64,000 nucleotides of DNA from Nitrospirota bacterium. Its GTDB lineage: Bacteria > Nitrospirota > UBA9217. Positions 30,999 through 41,723 of this stretch are shown one piece after another. Positions within the stretch are counted from its first letter, which is position 1; the number at the start of each line of letters is the position of its first letter. The stretch covers positions 416,001-480,000 of the forward strand of contig CAVVUN010000015.1 of NCBI GenBank assembly GCA_963751455.1. The letters are read 5' to 3'. The notes below the pieces were generated by a model. That model was not told the origin of the DNA. It was given only the letters and a program-made list of their open reading frames with translations, and did not search any database. The position numbers and the translations under genes are program-made.

Positions 30999-31232
30999 AT
31001 GGCAATAAAAGCGTATGTGCTTATCGAGGCGGATCCGGGCGCGTCGCGAGACGTTGCCGCAAGAGTAGGAAAAATCGATGGGGTAAAATCCGTGTCTGTT
31101 GTGACGGGGCCCCATGATGTGATCGCCGTTGTAGAGACAACCGATGCAAAGGCCCTGGGCGACGTCCTGATCACAAAAATCCAGAAGATTGAAGGCATTG
31201 CCCTGACGATCACGGACGTAGTTATCGATTGA
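30999..31232 (+). CDS. Stand-alone Lrp/AsnC ligand-binding (RAM) domain protein
   Basis: KAYVLIEA, VVTGPHDVIAVV, KIQKIEGI..TIT. Confidence 0.85.
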   Translation: MAIKAYVLIEADPGASRDVAARVGKIDGVKSVSVVTGPHDVIAVVETTDAKALGDVLITKIQKIEGIALTITDVVID

Positions 31233-31485
31233 GTCAGGGGTGACAATGCCTATTTAGGCCTCACGGCGCGCCGTCGACTGCGATGCCCACAGGCGCATTA
31301 AGGTTAGCGTTATTGGCTCAAGGGTCAAGAAGACAATATCGGCTGCAGATCATGATTCAATCCGACAGAGGCACCTGCTGCCTCACGTGGGTCTCTTGAA
31401 ATACCCGGCTTTTGATCATTCTCGAAGCTGCTGTTGCTGGGGCGAAGGACGGAGCGGCGGTGATGATGATGAGGTAGAGAGGCCC

Positions 31486-32355
31486 CTAAACCGCGCGCAT
31501 AACAATATATATAGCTCCGGAAAAGAGCATGCCCAGCAGGACGCCAAAGACCTCCAGCCAGAGCAGATGCGATCGTATATTCTCTTCAATAATGTCGCGT
31601 ATCTTTGACGGCGCGTACGTCGTAAGCTTGTCGGCGACCATGCCTTTTATATCAAGGCTGTCGAAGAGCAGTTGCGCAATCGATTTGTCCGAATGGTAAT
31701 GGCGGACGACAAGCTCGTTGTTCGGCCTGAACAGGAAATCCTCAAGCGTGCCGACCTTGTGAATGGTCTTGAGGATCATCGGTTTTGACACTTTTAACCG
31801 GTTTATTCTCTCATGGAGTTCCCCCACTATTGCATCGGTCATCTCGTCATATTCCTTGATGCGCGTGACGTTCAGGAACTTTCCGAGAAATCCCAGCTTC
31901 GTCTTGAGCGCGTCTGTGATCTCATCGTGGACCTTCTGCGATTGAAGGTACTCGCGGAGAGCGTCACGGAACTCATCAATCACTTTATTAATGATCTGCT
32001 CTGCCTTGTCGGTATCGACCTGTTGGAGCAGTTTTTTCATTTCAGCCTGGAGCATTTCGCTGTTCACCAGGTGTGTCTCCACCGTCCGCGCGAGGGAACG
32101 TATGATGTCCTTGTGCTTTTTGATCAAGACACCGGATCCGGGCAGGTACCACTTCTTTTCAAAGAGCATCGTAATGGCGATCTTGTTCGTGATGCCGCCT
32201 ATGAACCCGCCCAGCAATACCTGTATCACGAGATCTAGCTGAGGGACGGCAATGCCGGAGAAAGATGCAATCAGCGTAAGCGCCAGGCAGGCGAATACGA
32301 TAAGGATCAGACCGGAAGCTAGGCGATCTGTTAACCTGGAGTATAGATATTTCAT
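31486..32355 (-). CDS. DUF445 family membrane protein
   Basis: GGFIGGITNKIAITMLF N-terminal motif and HLLWLEVFGVLLG C-terminal motif. Confidence 0.8.
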   Translation of the reverse strand: MKYLYSRLTDRLASGLILIVFACLALTLIASFSGIAVPQLDLVIQVLLGGFIGGITNKIAITMLFEKKWYLPGSGVLIKKHKDIIRSLARTVETHLVNSEMLQAEMKKLLQQVDTDKAEQIINKVIDEFRDALREYLQSQKVHDEITDALKTKLGFLGKFLNVTRIKEYDEMTDAIVGELHERINRLKVSKPMILKTIHKVGTLEDFLFRPNNELVVRHYHSDKSIAQLLFDSLDIKGMVADKLTTYAPSKIRDIIEENIRSHLLWLEVFGVLLGMLFSGAIYIVMRAV

Positions 32356-32506
32356 GAAGTTACCATCCTCTAATAGAGAGGGGAGAGGGAAGGTGTAATC
32401 GAAGAGCAGCGCTTCTCCGACGCACATTACAGTTTCAAGTTTTTAGTTTTGAGTTGTCAGAAACACGTCGTTTGCCGCTTCCACACCCTGCCTTGGCGGG
32501 AGCACT

Positions 32507-32896
32507 CTAGGATTTGTCATCTTTATTCTTAAGCAACTTCTCAAGACCTGCGAATGGTTTGTACGTAGCGGCTGCTTCTTTTTCGCTTGCCGGTTTAGTC
32601 TTGCCGAAAGATTCTTCATCGAGATATTCCTGGTGCTCATTGTCATGGCAATAAAGGCACAACAGCTCCCAGTTGCTGCCGTCAGGCGGGTTGTTGTCGT
32701 GGTTATGGTCCTTGTGATGGACCGTGAGTTCACGAAGCTTCTTTCCGGCAAATTCCCGTCCGCACCGGCCGCAGATATGCGGATACATTTTGAGCGCCTG
32801 CTCACGGTATTCCTTTTCCCGGGCTGTGCGATTGCGGCGTGCTTCGGCAATCAGCCGCTCCGTATCATTACCGTTCTGAGATTCGTTTTTTGTCAT
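32507..32896 (-). CDS. yajD: YajD family HNH nuclease
   Basis: YREQALK..PHICGRCGREF, LTVHHKDHNHDNNPPDGSNWELLCLYCHDNEH. Confidence 0.9.
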   Translation of the reverse strand: MTKNESQNGNDTERLIAEARRNRTAREKEYREQALKMYPHICGRCGREFAGKKLRELTVHHKDHNHDNNPPDGSNWELLCLYCHDNEHQEYLDEESFGKTKPASEKEAAATYKPFAGLEKLLKNKDDKS

Positions 32897-33103
32897 ACTT
32901 TGCTCCGCTTACTTCGATATATACCGCAAAGCAGAATTAAATGATAACAAGGCTTTTTTATTGTTTTTTGAAATCTTTGTACATCTGCGAAATCTGCGGC
33001 TAATGTCCTTTTGTCGTTCTGAAAGGAGCACAATGGCGCACCTTGACGCATTTTGGAATCGGAGCTATGGTTTAATTGATAAAATTCTTAAAGGAGAATA
33101 CCT

Positions 33104-33346
33104 ATGAACCAGAGAACAGGTATGCTTGCAACAATATCGATCATCGCAGCTATTGCGAGCTATTTGCTCACGTTTTCAGGACACTGGGGCTTTGCAATTG
33201 TTGCCGCGGTGATTTCGATTCCCTTTGGCATCGGCGGTTTTGTCATGGCTGCTTCACCCCGGGTAAGCGGGGGTATTATGAGCATCATCTCGATTCTTCT
33301 CGGGGTTTTCGCAATCGGAATCGCGATTATGTCCATGGTTTTCTAA
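33104..33346 (+). CDS. Small membrane protein (about 3 TM helices)
   Basis: Hydrophobic 80 aa; AGGAG RBS; TTGACG-17-TATGGT upstream. Confidence 0.7.
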   Translation: MNQRTGMLATISIIAAIASYLLTFSGHWGFAIVAAVISIPFGIGGFVMAASPRVSGGIMSIISILLGVFAIGIAIMSMVF

Positions 33347-33368
33347 AGTTGTATCACGTGCTGTCCAA

Positions 33369-34355
33369 TCATGATGGGGCGGCAGCTCCGGCCCTGATAT
33401 GCATGAAGTATTCCGAGAGTTGCCGCTTTACATCGACGACCCGGGCAAGCTCATTTACTTTGGCCCTGAATTCCGCTCCGTCGGGCAGTCCCTTTGTGTA
33501 CCAGCACAGGTGCTTTCGCATCTCGCGTACACCAACCTCTTCCCCCACGAGTTTCACCATGTCATCCAGGTGGCGCATCATTACTTCTTCCCGCTCATCA
33601 AGTGCGGGAGGCAAGGGCGCAATGCCTGTTGCGAGATGCTCTTTTGCCTCACGGAATATCCACGGGTTTCCCTGGATCGCCCGGCCGATCATTACGCCGT
33701 CGCAGCCGGTTTCCATGAGCATGCGCTTCGCGTCGCTGCCCGAACGGACGTCGCCGTTCCCGATTACCGGAATCGTAATTGACTCCTTGACCAGTTTGAT
33801 CCCCGACCAGTCAGCCTGTCCGGAAAAACCCTGCGCTTTCGTCCGTGCGTGAACAGTTACTGCAGCGACTCCCATGGTTTCCGCTGCCTGTGCCATTTCA
33901 ACAGCAACAATGTTTTTCGCATCCCACCCCATCCGGATCTTGATTGTTACAGGAACGCGGGAAGCTTCAACCACGGCTGTCATGATTTCTTTTGCCAGGG
34001 GAATGTCGCGCAGGAGCTGCGAGCCGGACCCCGATTTGAGCACCTTGGGAACAGGGCACCCCATGTTGATATCGATAAAGTCGACTTCACCGCGCGAGAC
34101 AATTGCGGCTGCCTCTGCCATGGAGCGGGGCTTTGAACCGAAAATCTGGAACACGACCGGCCTCTCTGCCGGGTCCGTATGCAGCATCGTATGCGTATGC
34201 ATATGCTCGCGGATAAGCGCCTCGGCGCTCACCATTTCCGAGAAAAGCAGTCCGGCGCCCATTTCCCTGCAGAGCTTGCGGAAGGGAAAGTCGGTGATGC
34301 CCGCCATCGGCGCGAGCACCAGCGGATTCTCTTTCAGAATTTCACGGATCGACAT
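33369..34355 (-). CDS. dusB: tRNA-dihydrouridine synthase B
   Basis: LAPMAGITD, IDINMGCPVPKV, VHART, VIGNGDV, MIGR. Confidence 0.92.
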   Translation of the reverse strand: MSIREILKENPLVLAPMAGITDFPFRKLCREMGAGLLFSEMVSAEALIREHMHTHTMLHTDPAERPVVFQIFGSKPRSMAEAAAIVSRGEVDFIDINMGCPVPKVLKSGSGSQLLRDIPLAKEIMTAVVEASRVPVTIKIRMGWDAKNIVAVEMAQAAETMGVAAVTVHARTKAQGFSGQADWSGIKLVKESITIPVIGNGDVRSGSDAKRMLMETGCDGVMIGRAIQGNPWIFREAKEHLATGIAPLPPALDEREEVMMRHLDDMVKLVGEEVGVREMRKHLCWYTKGLPDGAEFRAKVNELARVVDVKRQLSEYFMHIRAGAAAPS

Positions 34356-34942
34356 GCGGGTATTATAACGCATGTCGAGAGAACAGGAAAGTTTTTTGAA
34401 CGAGGTGCCGGATGGAAAAACGGACAAACTCTTCACCACTTAGGACACTATTCGTGGTCTTCGTGTCCTCCGTGGCGAGGGTTAGTCAAATCAATTTTGA
34501 CTATTCTAAGCCTCTCTGTGCCTTCTCTGAATTTTGTGGCTAAAATTCTTCATGCTTTTATGTCTTCCTGGGTTTATCACAGGCGGAGCTATCAGCATCA
34601 ACTTCCTGCCGGGATGTTCACGATCTTTGTCTTTTTTCTGCACCGCCGTTCGCAGCGCCGCGCAGACATGACAGGTTATTTTCATCTTTACCTGTCAATA
34701 CAGCTGCCCATAGCGCTGAGCTTCGCACGCGCATGCATGATTTGCGATTTGCCGACTCTAGTCCCGGTCATGTAAAGCGCGGCCGCTGATCACGCCCTAC
34801 TCTCGCGCTGCGCACTCGAAGTCGTTGGGTGCAGGCGGGATGCAGGGGGTTCTGGAAAAGCAATGGCAAAAGGAGCGTGAACATCCAGAAGCAACCAGGA
34901 GATTCAGATTTTATTCTTGTTCTGCACATGCTCAAAACCGCT

Positions 34943-35377
34943 TTACTTCCTGAACACCTGGTGGCACTGGACGCAGCCGTCCAGGAGCTGCTTCGACAGT
35001 GTCAGCAGCTGCTTCTGATCGTTCAGCTGCCCGGCCTTTGCAAGGGCCTCGAGCTTCCCGTGGAACTGTTTGTCCATCTTTACGAAATCTGCCAACCGCT
35101 GGTTGTTCTTCGGCAGCTTTACCGACCCTGCATGAATGCCTTCGTGCGTCTTTTCCCTGCTGCCGTGCATCGACTCGAGCGCCCTATGAACTTTCGGCCC
35201 GTCTCCCAGCGCTACTGCAGAGACAACTTCCCGGAATGCGCTGTCCAAGGCCGTCATTTCCTCGATCAGCGGATTTGCTTCGCTGCCGTGAACATGGTTT
35301 TCGTGGGCGAGGAGGCTATTTTCCCTTGAAAGCAACAGAATAGCAAAGAACATTGAAACGCGAAGTATATTTTTCAT
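34943..35377 (-). CDS. Cytochrome c' (class II) like periplasmic protein
   Basis: Signal peptide, helical body, C-terminal CVQCH..FRK. Confidence 0.85.
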   Translation of the reverse strand: MKNILRVSMFFAILLLSRENSLLAHENHVHGSEANPLIEEMTALDSAFREVVSAVALGDGPKVHRALESMHGSREKTHEGIHAGSVKLPKNNQRLADFVKMDKQFHGKLEALAKAGQLNDQKQLLTLSKQLLDGCVQCHQVFRK

Positions 35378-35424
35378 GGTGCCCTCCGTTTACCCCTTTA
35401 CAGGGTGATAGAAAAACCCGGATA

Positions 35425-35492
35425 TCATTGCGAGGAACGATTTTTGTGACGCGGCAATCTCGACGAGATTGCTTCCCTATGCTCGCAATGAC
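35425..35492. repeat. REP-like palindrome (TCATTGCGAG...GCAATCT/AGATTGC...CTCGCAATGA type)
   Basis: Nested inverted repeats visible directly. Confidence 0.7.
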
Positions 35493-35602
35493 TGCGAAAG
35501 ACCTGTTCGCAAGGATGGGACGGATAAAAGACTTTTGCAATTTTGACATTATTATATTAATTATAGCGAAGAGGAAGCTGCAAAAAGGGATTCTATAAAA
35601 AG

Positions 35603-35633
35603 AAAAAACCCCGGTGACTTGCATCGCCGGGGC
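35603..35633 (-). terminator. Intrinsic terminator of the rhodanese gene
   Basis: ccccgg(t)ga...tcgccgggg stem followed by a U-tract on the minus strand. Confidence 0.75.
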
Positions 35634-35651
35634 TAAAAAGGGGGAGTCCCT

Positions 35652-37058
35652 TTACTGCTTCTCGATTTTGTAGTTTCCGTCCTTGTCGATATCGAGCTTG
35701 GCGTTTACAAATTTGACGTTGTAGCCTTTTTCCTTGAGCTTATGGTAGGCCATTTCCGCACGCACCCCGGTTGAGCAATGCGTCACGATCACCTTGTCCT
35801 TCGGCAATTCCGAAGCACGGTCCACTATGTTTTCGTCAGGGATGTTCTTTGCGCCTTTGATCATGCCGGCACCAGCTTCATCCGTGTTCCGGACATCAAC
35901 AATGACTGCCTCGGGCCTGGTTCCTTCGGCAATTTTATTGAATTCCTCGATCGTTATTTCACCCGGCCGCAGCTTCGGCACGTAAACGATGGCCGCAGCA
36001 AGAGTTCCTGTTGCGACAGGATACGAGGCAGTCTGCCATGCGTCCATGCCGCCTGTAAGCAGGCTTACGCCGGTATAACCGGCTGCCAACAGCGACTTTG
36101 CAGCGGTCTTCGCAGAATCACCGCCGTTTTGGTCATAGATGATTATCGGGGGCTTCTTGTCTTTTGGCGGGAACTTAGCGATGTTGGCAGCGACGTCGGC
36201 AGCAGGCATTACTACGGCGCCCTTGATGAAGCCCTTTTGCGCTATTGCCGGCGGCCGCACATCGAGAAGCACAGCAGGAATCTCTTTATCGATAAAAGCT
36301 TCTTTCATTGATTGTACAGACAGTACCGTGTAGTTCTTTTTGGTCCATTCGGGAAGGCCTTCGTGGTACACCTTGACATTTGTATAACCGAGCTTTTCCG
36401 CCCGACCGGCGGAGTTAGGGCTCATTGCTCAGGTCATGCCCGCGCAGTAGTAGACGATGAGAGCGTTCTTGTCTTTGGGGAGTTTATCAACCATCTTTTC
36501 GAAGGCCGGGAACGGAATGTTGATGGCCGTAGGAATGGCGCCTTCCATGAATTTCGGCGCGGGCCGCGCATCGATCAGGAGATATTTGCCCTTCTCGGGA
36601 CCCTTGGCGACAAGCTTCTCTACATCCGCGGTGCCCAGGAGTTTTTCGGGCGCGACTTTGATGGGAGGCTTGGAAACGACGAGCGTTGCGAATTTTTTGC
36701 CGTCCTTCTCAGTGTACTCGACCCTGACCTCTTTCCCTTTCTTTATGGAACGCAGGGGCTCGTCCGGGTTCTCGGCCTGGACATTCCGGACCACGAGGGC
36801 GGCTTTATCGAACTTCAATATTTCGGTTGTTTCGTCGATCTTGATCTGTATCGACTGTGTTTTGTACGCTACGCTGTCGAAATTTCCCCGTAAACTTCCC
36901 GGCTGGGGAGTGTGACAGTTGCCGCAGACCTTGCCGATTATGGGCTTTGCCTGCGCGGCACCAGGTACGTTTTTGTCCTGGGCGCTTGTCTGGCTTATCG
37001 TTAAACTGAATACTAATGCTGCTCCAAATATGGTAATGCTTAAACCTTTTAACGACAT
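35652..37058 (-). CDS. Selenocysteine-containing multi-rhodanese periplasmic c-type cytochrome (468 aa, Sec at TGA 36429-36431)
   Basis: The two ORF-track ORFs are in the same frame, joined across TGA: YYCAGMT-U-AMSPNS; CGNCH haem motif; three rhodanese domains; SECIS-like hairpin. Confidence 0.85.
36390..36423 (-). promoter_or_regulatory. Bacterial SECIS-like hairpin
   Basis: GAGC..UCCGCC-GGUCG-GGCGGA..GCUC; loop G follows a 21-nt spacer after the UGA. Confidence 0.75.
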
Positions 37059-37112
37059 CTTTTCCTCCTTCATTATTGTAAAAAAAAAGAAAAAAACTAC
37101 AACATAGGTCTT

Positions 37113-37268
37113 ATTATAACTATAGATTTAGTATTGTCAACCAATATCTAATATCCTTAACAATAAGGGAATCATGTTTTTAAGTATGGAAAAAAGCTGT
37201 CCAATGACGGAGAATATATATTCCAAGGAGAGAAAATCCTTGACAATAATGGACTTATCTTATATATT
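37113..37268. promoter_or_regulatory. Divergent sigma-70 promoters (rhodanese and ffh)
   Basis: Minus: TTGACA(37140)-16-TATAAT. Plus: TTGACA(37240)-17-TATATT. Confidence 0.65.
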
Positions 37269-37297
37269 CAATATTCTTTTTCGGGGCGGTGTTTTCC

Positions 37298-38642
37298 ATG
37301 TTTGACTCCTTATCCGGCAAATTAGAGGCTGTTTTCAAGAAGCTCCGGGGCAGGGGCGTCCTTAAAGAGGATGATGTCAAAGAGGCCATGCGCGAAGTGC
37401 GCCTGGCGCTCCTCGAAGCCGACGTCAATTTCAAGGTCGTCAAGGACTTCATAGGCCGGGTCCAGGAACGGGCAATCGGCCAGGAGATCCTCAGCAGCCT
37501 TACGCCCGGCCAGCAGGTCATCAAGATCGTGCATGAAGAACTGGTGACCCTGCTCGGAACCACCGCGGCAAAATTGTACCTGTCGCCCAACCCGCCCACT
37601 GTTATTATGATGGTCGGATTGCAGGGCTCGGGCAAAACAACCACGGCCGGCAAACTGGCCAGGAACTTCAAGAAGGACGGCCGCAGGGTCCTCCTTGTTC
37701 CGGCTGACACGCGAAGGCCTGCAGCGGTCCAGCAGCTGGTAACCCTCGCAAAGCAGGTCGGCGTCGACGCGTACTCGTCTTCACAGACAGGACCCTGTAG
37801 TAATCTGCCGGGAGGCGGTGAAACAGGCCGCGTCGTCCTTGTACGAGATCGTCATCCTGGACACGGCCGGCCGGCTCCAGATAGACGAACCGCTGATGGA
37901 AGAACTCCGGCAGATCAAGGCCGGGGTAAAACCTCACGAGGTCCTGCTCGTGGCCGATGCAATGACCGGCCAGGAAGCGGTGAATATCGCCACGAAGTTC
38001 AATGCGGACCTGGGCTTCGACGGTGTGGTCCTTACCAAGCTTGACGGAGACGCCCGCGGCGGCGCAGCGCTGTCGGTCAGGGCCGTTACGGGCAAGCCGC
38101 TCAAGTTCGTGGGTATGGGCGAAAAGCTCGATGCCCTCGAAGCGTTCCATCCGGACCGGATGGCCTCGCGTATTCTCGGCATGGGCGACGTAATGTCGCT
38201 TATCGAAAAGGCGCAGGAGACCGTCGACCACGAAGAAGCGGTCAAGCTTGCAAAGAAGCTCAAGAAGAATTCATTCGACCTGGATGATTTCAGAAACCAG
38301 CTTAAGCAGGTGAAAAAAATGGGCGGTCTCGAATCGCTCATGGGCATGATTCCTGGCATGGGCAAGATGAAGCTGCCGGATGCCGACGTGAACGAGAAGG
38401 AACTGACGAAGGTGGACGCCATCATCAGTTCCATGACGCCGAAAGAGCGGGCGGACTACATGGTTATCAACGGGAGCCGGAGGGCGCGCATCGCAAAAGG
38501 AAGCGGCACCCAGGTCCAGGACGTAAACCGGCTTCTGAAGCAGTTTGCCGAGATGCGCAAGATGATGAAGTCCATGACCAGCGGCAAAATGGGCAAGATG
38601 GGTAAAATGGGCAGGATGTTCGGCGGAAGGATGCCGTTTTAA
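37298..38642 (+). CDS. ffh: Signal recognition particle protein (frameshift at ~37790, probable sequence error)
   Basis: [25 protein letters not shown], Met-rich M domain. Confidence 0.95.
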
Positions 38643-38769
38643 GATAACCAAGAAAAGATCCGCAGATTTAAAAATAGAATACGAGATTTGCACTTCATCG
38701 GCGAAATCTGCGCAATCTGTGGATAAAGCAGTTAAGTCAGCTGGAATTGAAAACGAAAGAGGTGAACAA

Positions 38770-39036
38770 ATGTCAGTAAAGATCAGACTGAAGAGGATGG
38801 GCACCCACAAGAAGCCGTATTACCGGCTCGTGGTAGCCGATTCCCGGTCCCCGAGAGACGGCCGCTTTATCGAAATGGTGGGGACGTATGATCCGCTCAA
38901 GAAGCCGGCGGAGATCAAAGTCGACCAGACCAAGACCCTCGCATGGCTGAAAAAGGGCGCGATCCCCTCGGATACGGCGAGGACCCTGCTTTCGAAGGTC
39001 GGGGTCATGAAGCAGTTCGCTGAAGCAGCAAAGTAA
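38770..39036 (+). CDS. rpsP: 30S ribosomal protein S16
   Basis: [31 protein letters not shown]. Confidence 0.97.
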   Translation: MSVKIRLKRMGTHKKPYYRLVVADSRSPRDGRFIEMVGTYDPLKKPAEIKVDQTKTLAWLKKGAIPSDTARTLLSKVGVMKQFAEAAK

Positions 39037-39090
39037 TCAGTTTCGCGACTTTACGCGCATGCGCTATGCTGGTAACTGATTTTACGCGCC

Positions 39091-39594
39091 ATGCTCATTT
39101 CCATCGGCAGAGTGATTAAACCCTTCGGAGTCAAAGGCGAGATGAAAATCGAGCCAATGACCGATTTCCCCGGGCGCTTCAACGATCTCCGGCGTATTTA
39201 TCTGGTTTCGCCGAATGGCGCGGAGATCGAGTGCGAAGTACGGTCGGTTCGACATGCAGGCGTGGTTCCTATCCTTCTCTTTGCCGGCTATGATTCGCCC
39301 GAGAAGGCAAAGATACTGAACGGGTGGTTCCTTAAAGTGCCCCAGGAAGAGGCTGTCCCGCTCCCCGAAGGGACCTTCTACCAATATGAGTTGATAGGTA
39401 TGGAAGTCTTCTCCGAAAGCGGCGACAAACTCGGGAAGATCGTGGACGTGTTCGAGACAGGCAGCAACGACGTCTATGTAATGAAGCAGGGCAGTAAAGA
39501 GACGTATATCCCTGCCACCAAAGAAGTGGTGAAAAAGATTAACAAGGCCGAGAAGCGCATGATTATCCGCCTGATCGACGGCCTGATGGAGTGA
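39091..39594 (+). CDS. rimM: Ribosome maturation factor RimM
   Basis: IGRVIKPFGVKGE, FYQYELIGMEV, ETGSNDV; synteny. Confidence 0.95.
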   Translation: MLISIGRVIKPFGVKGEMKIEPMTDFPGRFNDLRRIYLVSPNGAEIECEVRSVRHAGVVPILLFAGYDSPEKAKILNGWFLKVPQEEAVPLPEGTFYQYELIGMEVFSESGDKLGKIVDVFETGSNDVYVMKQGSKETYIPATKEVVKKINKAEKRMIIRLIDGLME

Positions 39595-39675
39595 ACCTGA
39601 AGACGGATGCAGGATGCATGATACAGTCAGACGGTCATTCTCTATCCTGCATCATGGATCGGGGCTTTTCCGGCA

Positions 39676-40431
39676 ATGCGAACATTGAATTTCGAGGTGC
39701 TCACCCTGTTCCCGGGCATGCTTCAGGGACCGCTGAACGAGAGCATCCTGAAGCGCGGCCGGGAAAAAGGTCTCCTGAATGTCGGTGTCCGGAACATCAG
39801 GGACTATACAGAAGACAAACATAAGACGGCCGACGACAGCCCGTACGGCGGCGGGGCCGGAATGGTCCTGAAGCCGGGTCCGATCTTCAAGGCGTTGGAA
39901 GCGCTTCGGGACGAACATCCCGGAGAAGAGTTTCTGACGGTCCTGCTTTCGCCCCAGGGAAGGATTTTCGACCAGCAAAGGGCTGAGCTGCTTTCCGGGG
40001 AAAAACGCACAATCATCCTGCTGTGCGGCCACTACGAGGCGATCGATGAACGGGTGATTGAATCGCTCGTGGATGAGGAGCTTTCGATCGGCGACTATGT
40101 GCTGACCGGGGGAGAACTGGCGGCCCTGGTCGTGATCGACGCAGCGGCGCGGTTGCTGCCGGGCGTTCTCGGAGATGAAGAGTCAGCGTACCGCGATTCT
40201 TTCGGCGACGGGCTGCTCGATCATCCCCACTATACACGGCCGGCCGAATTCCGGGGCATGAACGTGCCGGAAGTCCTTCTTTCCGGGAACCACGCGGAAA
40301 TTGAAAAGTGGCGGAGACGCGAATCGCTTAAGGCCACGCTGATAAAAAGACCCGACCTCCTTGAAACCGCCGACTTGACGGATGAGGACAGGGAGATAGT
40401 AGAGGAACTGAAGAAACAATTCAAATTGTAA
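39676..40431 (+). CDS. trmD: tRNA (guanine-N1)-methyltransferase
   Basis: DDSPYGGGAGMV, CGHYEAIDER, SIGDYVLTGGE, LLSGNHAEI. Confidence 0.97.
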   Translation: MRTLNFEVLTLFPGMLQGPLNESILKRGREKGLLNVGVRNIRDYTEDKHKTADDSPYGGGAGMVLKPGPIFKALEALRDEHPGEEFLTVLLSPQGRIFDQQRAELLSGEKRTIILLCGHYEAIDERVIESLVDEELSIGDYVLTGGELAALVVIDAAARLLPGVLGDEESAYRDSFGDGLLDHPHYTRPAEFRGMNVPEVLLSGNHAEIEKWRRRESLKATLIKRPDLLETADLTDEDREIVEELKKQFKL

Positions 40432-40508
40432 ATTGCAAATTGCAAAATGCAAACTGATACGGCCATTTCAATTTGAAATTTGAACTTTGCAATTTTCACT
40501 TTGCAATA
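40430..40508. repeat. Inverted 7-mer tandem arrays (aattgca / ttgcaat type)
   Basis: aattgca-aattgca-aaatgca ... ttgaaat-ttgaact-ttgcaat-tttcact-ttgcaat; related array at 57001-57040. Confidence 0.75.
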
Positions 40509-40534
40509 ATGTTTTCGAAATAGGGAGGTTTGCA

Positions 40535-40924
40535 ATGAACATCATACAGTCTTTGGAAAAAGCGCAGTTGAAAGAAGGCATCCCGAGCTTCCACGTGGGA
40601 GATACGGTCCGCGTTCATGCGAAGGTCGTCGAAGGAGACAAGGAAAGGATCCAGGTCTACGAAGGCGTTGTCATCGGCCGGCAGGGATCGGGCGCACGCG
40701 AGGTTGTGCGGGTCCGCAAGCTGTCCTATGGCGTCGGCGTGGAAAGGCTCTTCCCGCTCCATTCGCCGATGATCGATAAAATCGAGCTTGCGAAGCAGGG
40801 CAAGGTCCGGAGAGCGAAACTCTACTTCCTGCGTGACCTGCGGGGCAAGGCGGCTCGGATCAAAGAGAAAGAACGCGTTTATGCAGCGGTGGCAGGCGCT
40901 ACAACCGAACCAGAGCAGAAGTAA
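40535..40924 (+). CDS. rplS: 50S ribosomal protein L19
   Basis: [33 protein letters not shown]. Confidence 0.97.
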   Translation: MNIIQSLEKAQLKEGIPSFHVGDTVRVHAKVVEGDKERIQVYEGVVIGRQGSGAREVVRVRKLSYGVGVERLFPLHSPMIDKIELAKQGKVRRAKLYFLRDLRGKAARIKEKERVYAAVAGATTEPEQK

Positions 40925-41030
40925 CAAACTGCAAGGCACGCACATCGAAATCCTAAACGTGATCGGCATCAAACCGCATCTGTTTAGGATTTCGCATTTA
41001 ATTATTCGGATTTTTCAGTAAGAGGTTGTT

Positions 41031-41723
41031 ATGCCCCGTGGCCGGCCCAGCCGGAACAAACCGCATTCGAACCGTACCGGCGATCTGTTTGGCGACCAAC
41101 TGGCCTGCGATCCGCTCTGGTTTGAAGACCGGGCACGGCAATCGGGATATACATGCATAGCGGGGCTTGACGAGGCGGGGAGAGGCCCCCTGGCCGGTCC
41201 TGTGGTCGCAGCCGCAGTTGTTCTACCCGAGGGCCTGCTTATAGCGGGCTTGACCGATTCGAAACAGGTTACGGAACCCGAACGAGACCGCCTGTTTGAC
41301 GTTATCCGCACGGTCGCAATCTGCTACGGCATCGGTATCGTCGATGAACGGACGATCGATGAAGTCAATATCCTTCAGGCCAGCATCCTGGCTATGGAGC
41401 AGGCGCTGGAAGTCCTCGACCCCCGGCCGGATTACCTGCTCCTCGACGCCGTTACCCTACCGCGTGTGATGCTGCCGCAGAAGCCGCTTATCAAAGGAGA
41501 CAGCCGCAGCCACAGCATTTCTGCAGCGTCGATCCTCGCGAAAGTTACCCGTGACAGGCTGATGTGTGAATTACACGAAAAATTTCCCTTGTACAATTTT
41601 CATAAACACAAAGGATACGGGACCCGCGAACACATGGCCTTGCTCGAAAAGCACGGCCCGTGCGATGCTCACCGCAAGAGCTTCAGCCCGGTTTCCGAAC
41701 TGATCAGGGGCGGGACCAGGTGA
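41031..41723 (+). CDS. rnhB: Ribonuclease HII
   Basis: AGLDEAGRGPLAGPV, DSKQ, SAASILAKVTRD, KGYGT. Confidence 0.95.
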   Translation: MPRGRPSRNKPHSNRTGDLFGDQLACDPLWFEDRARQSGYTCIAGLDEAGRGPLAGPVVAAAVVLPEGLLIAGLTDSKQVTEPERDRLFDVIRTVAICYGIGIVDERTIDEVNILQASILAMEQALEVLDPRPDYLLLDAVTLPRVMLPQKPLIKGDSRSHSISAASILAKVTRDRLMCELHEKFPLYNFHKHKGYGTREHMALLEKHGPCDAHRKSFSPVSELIRGGTR

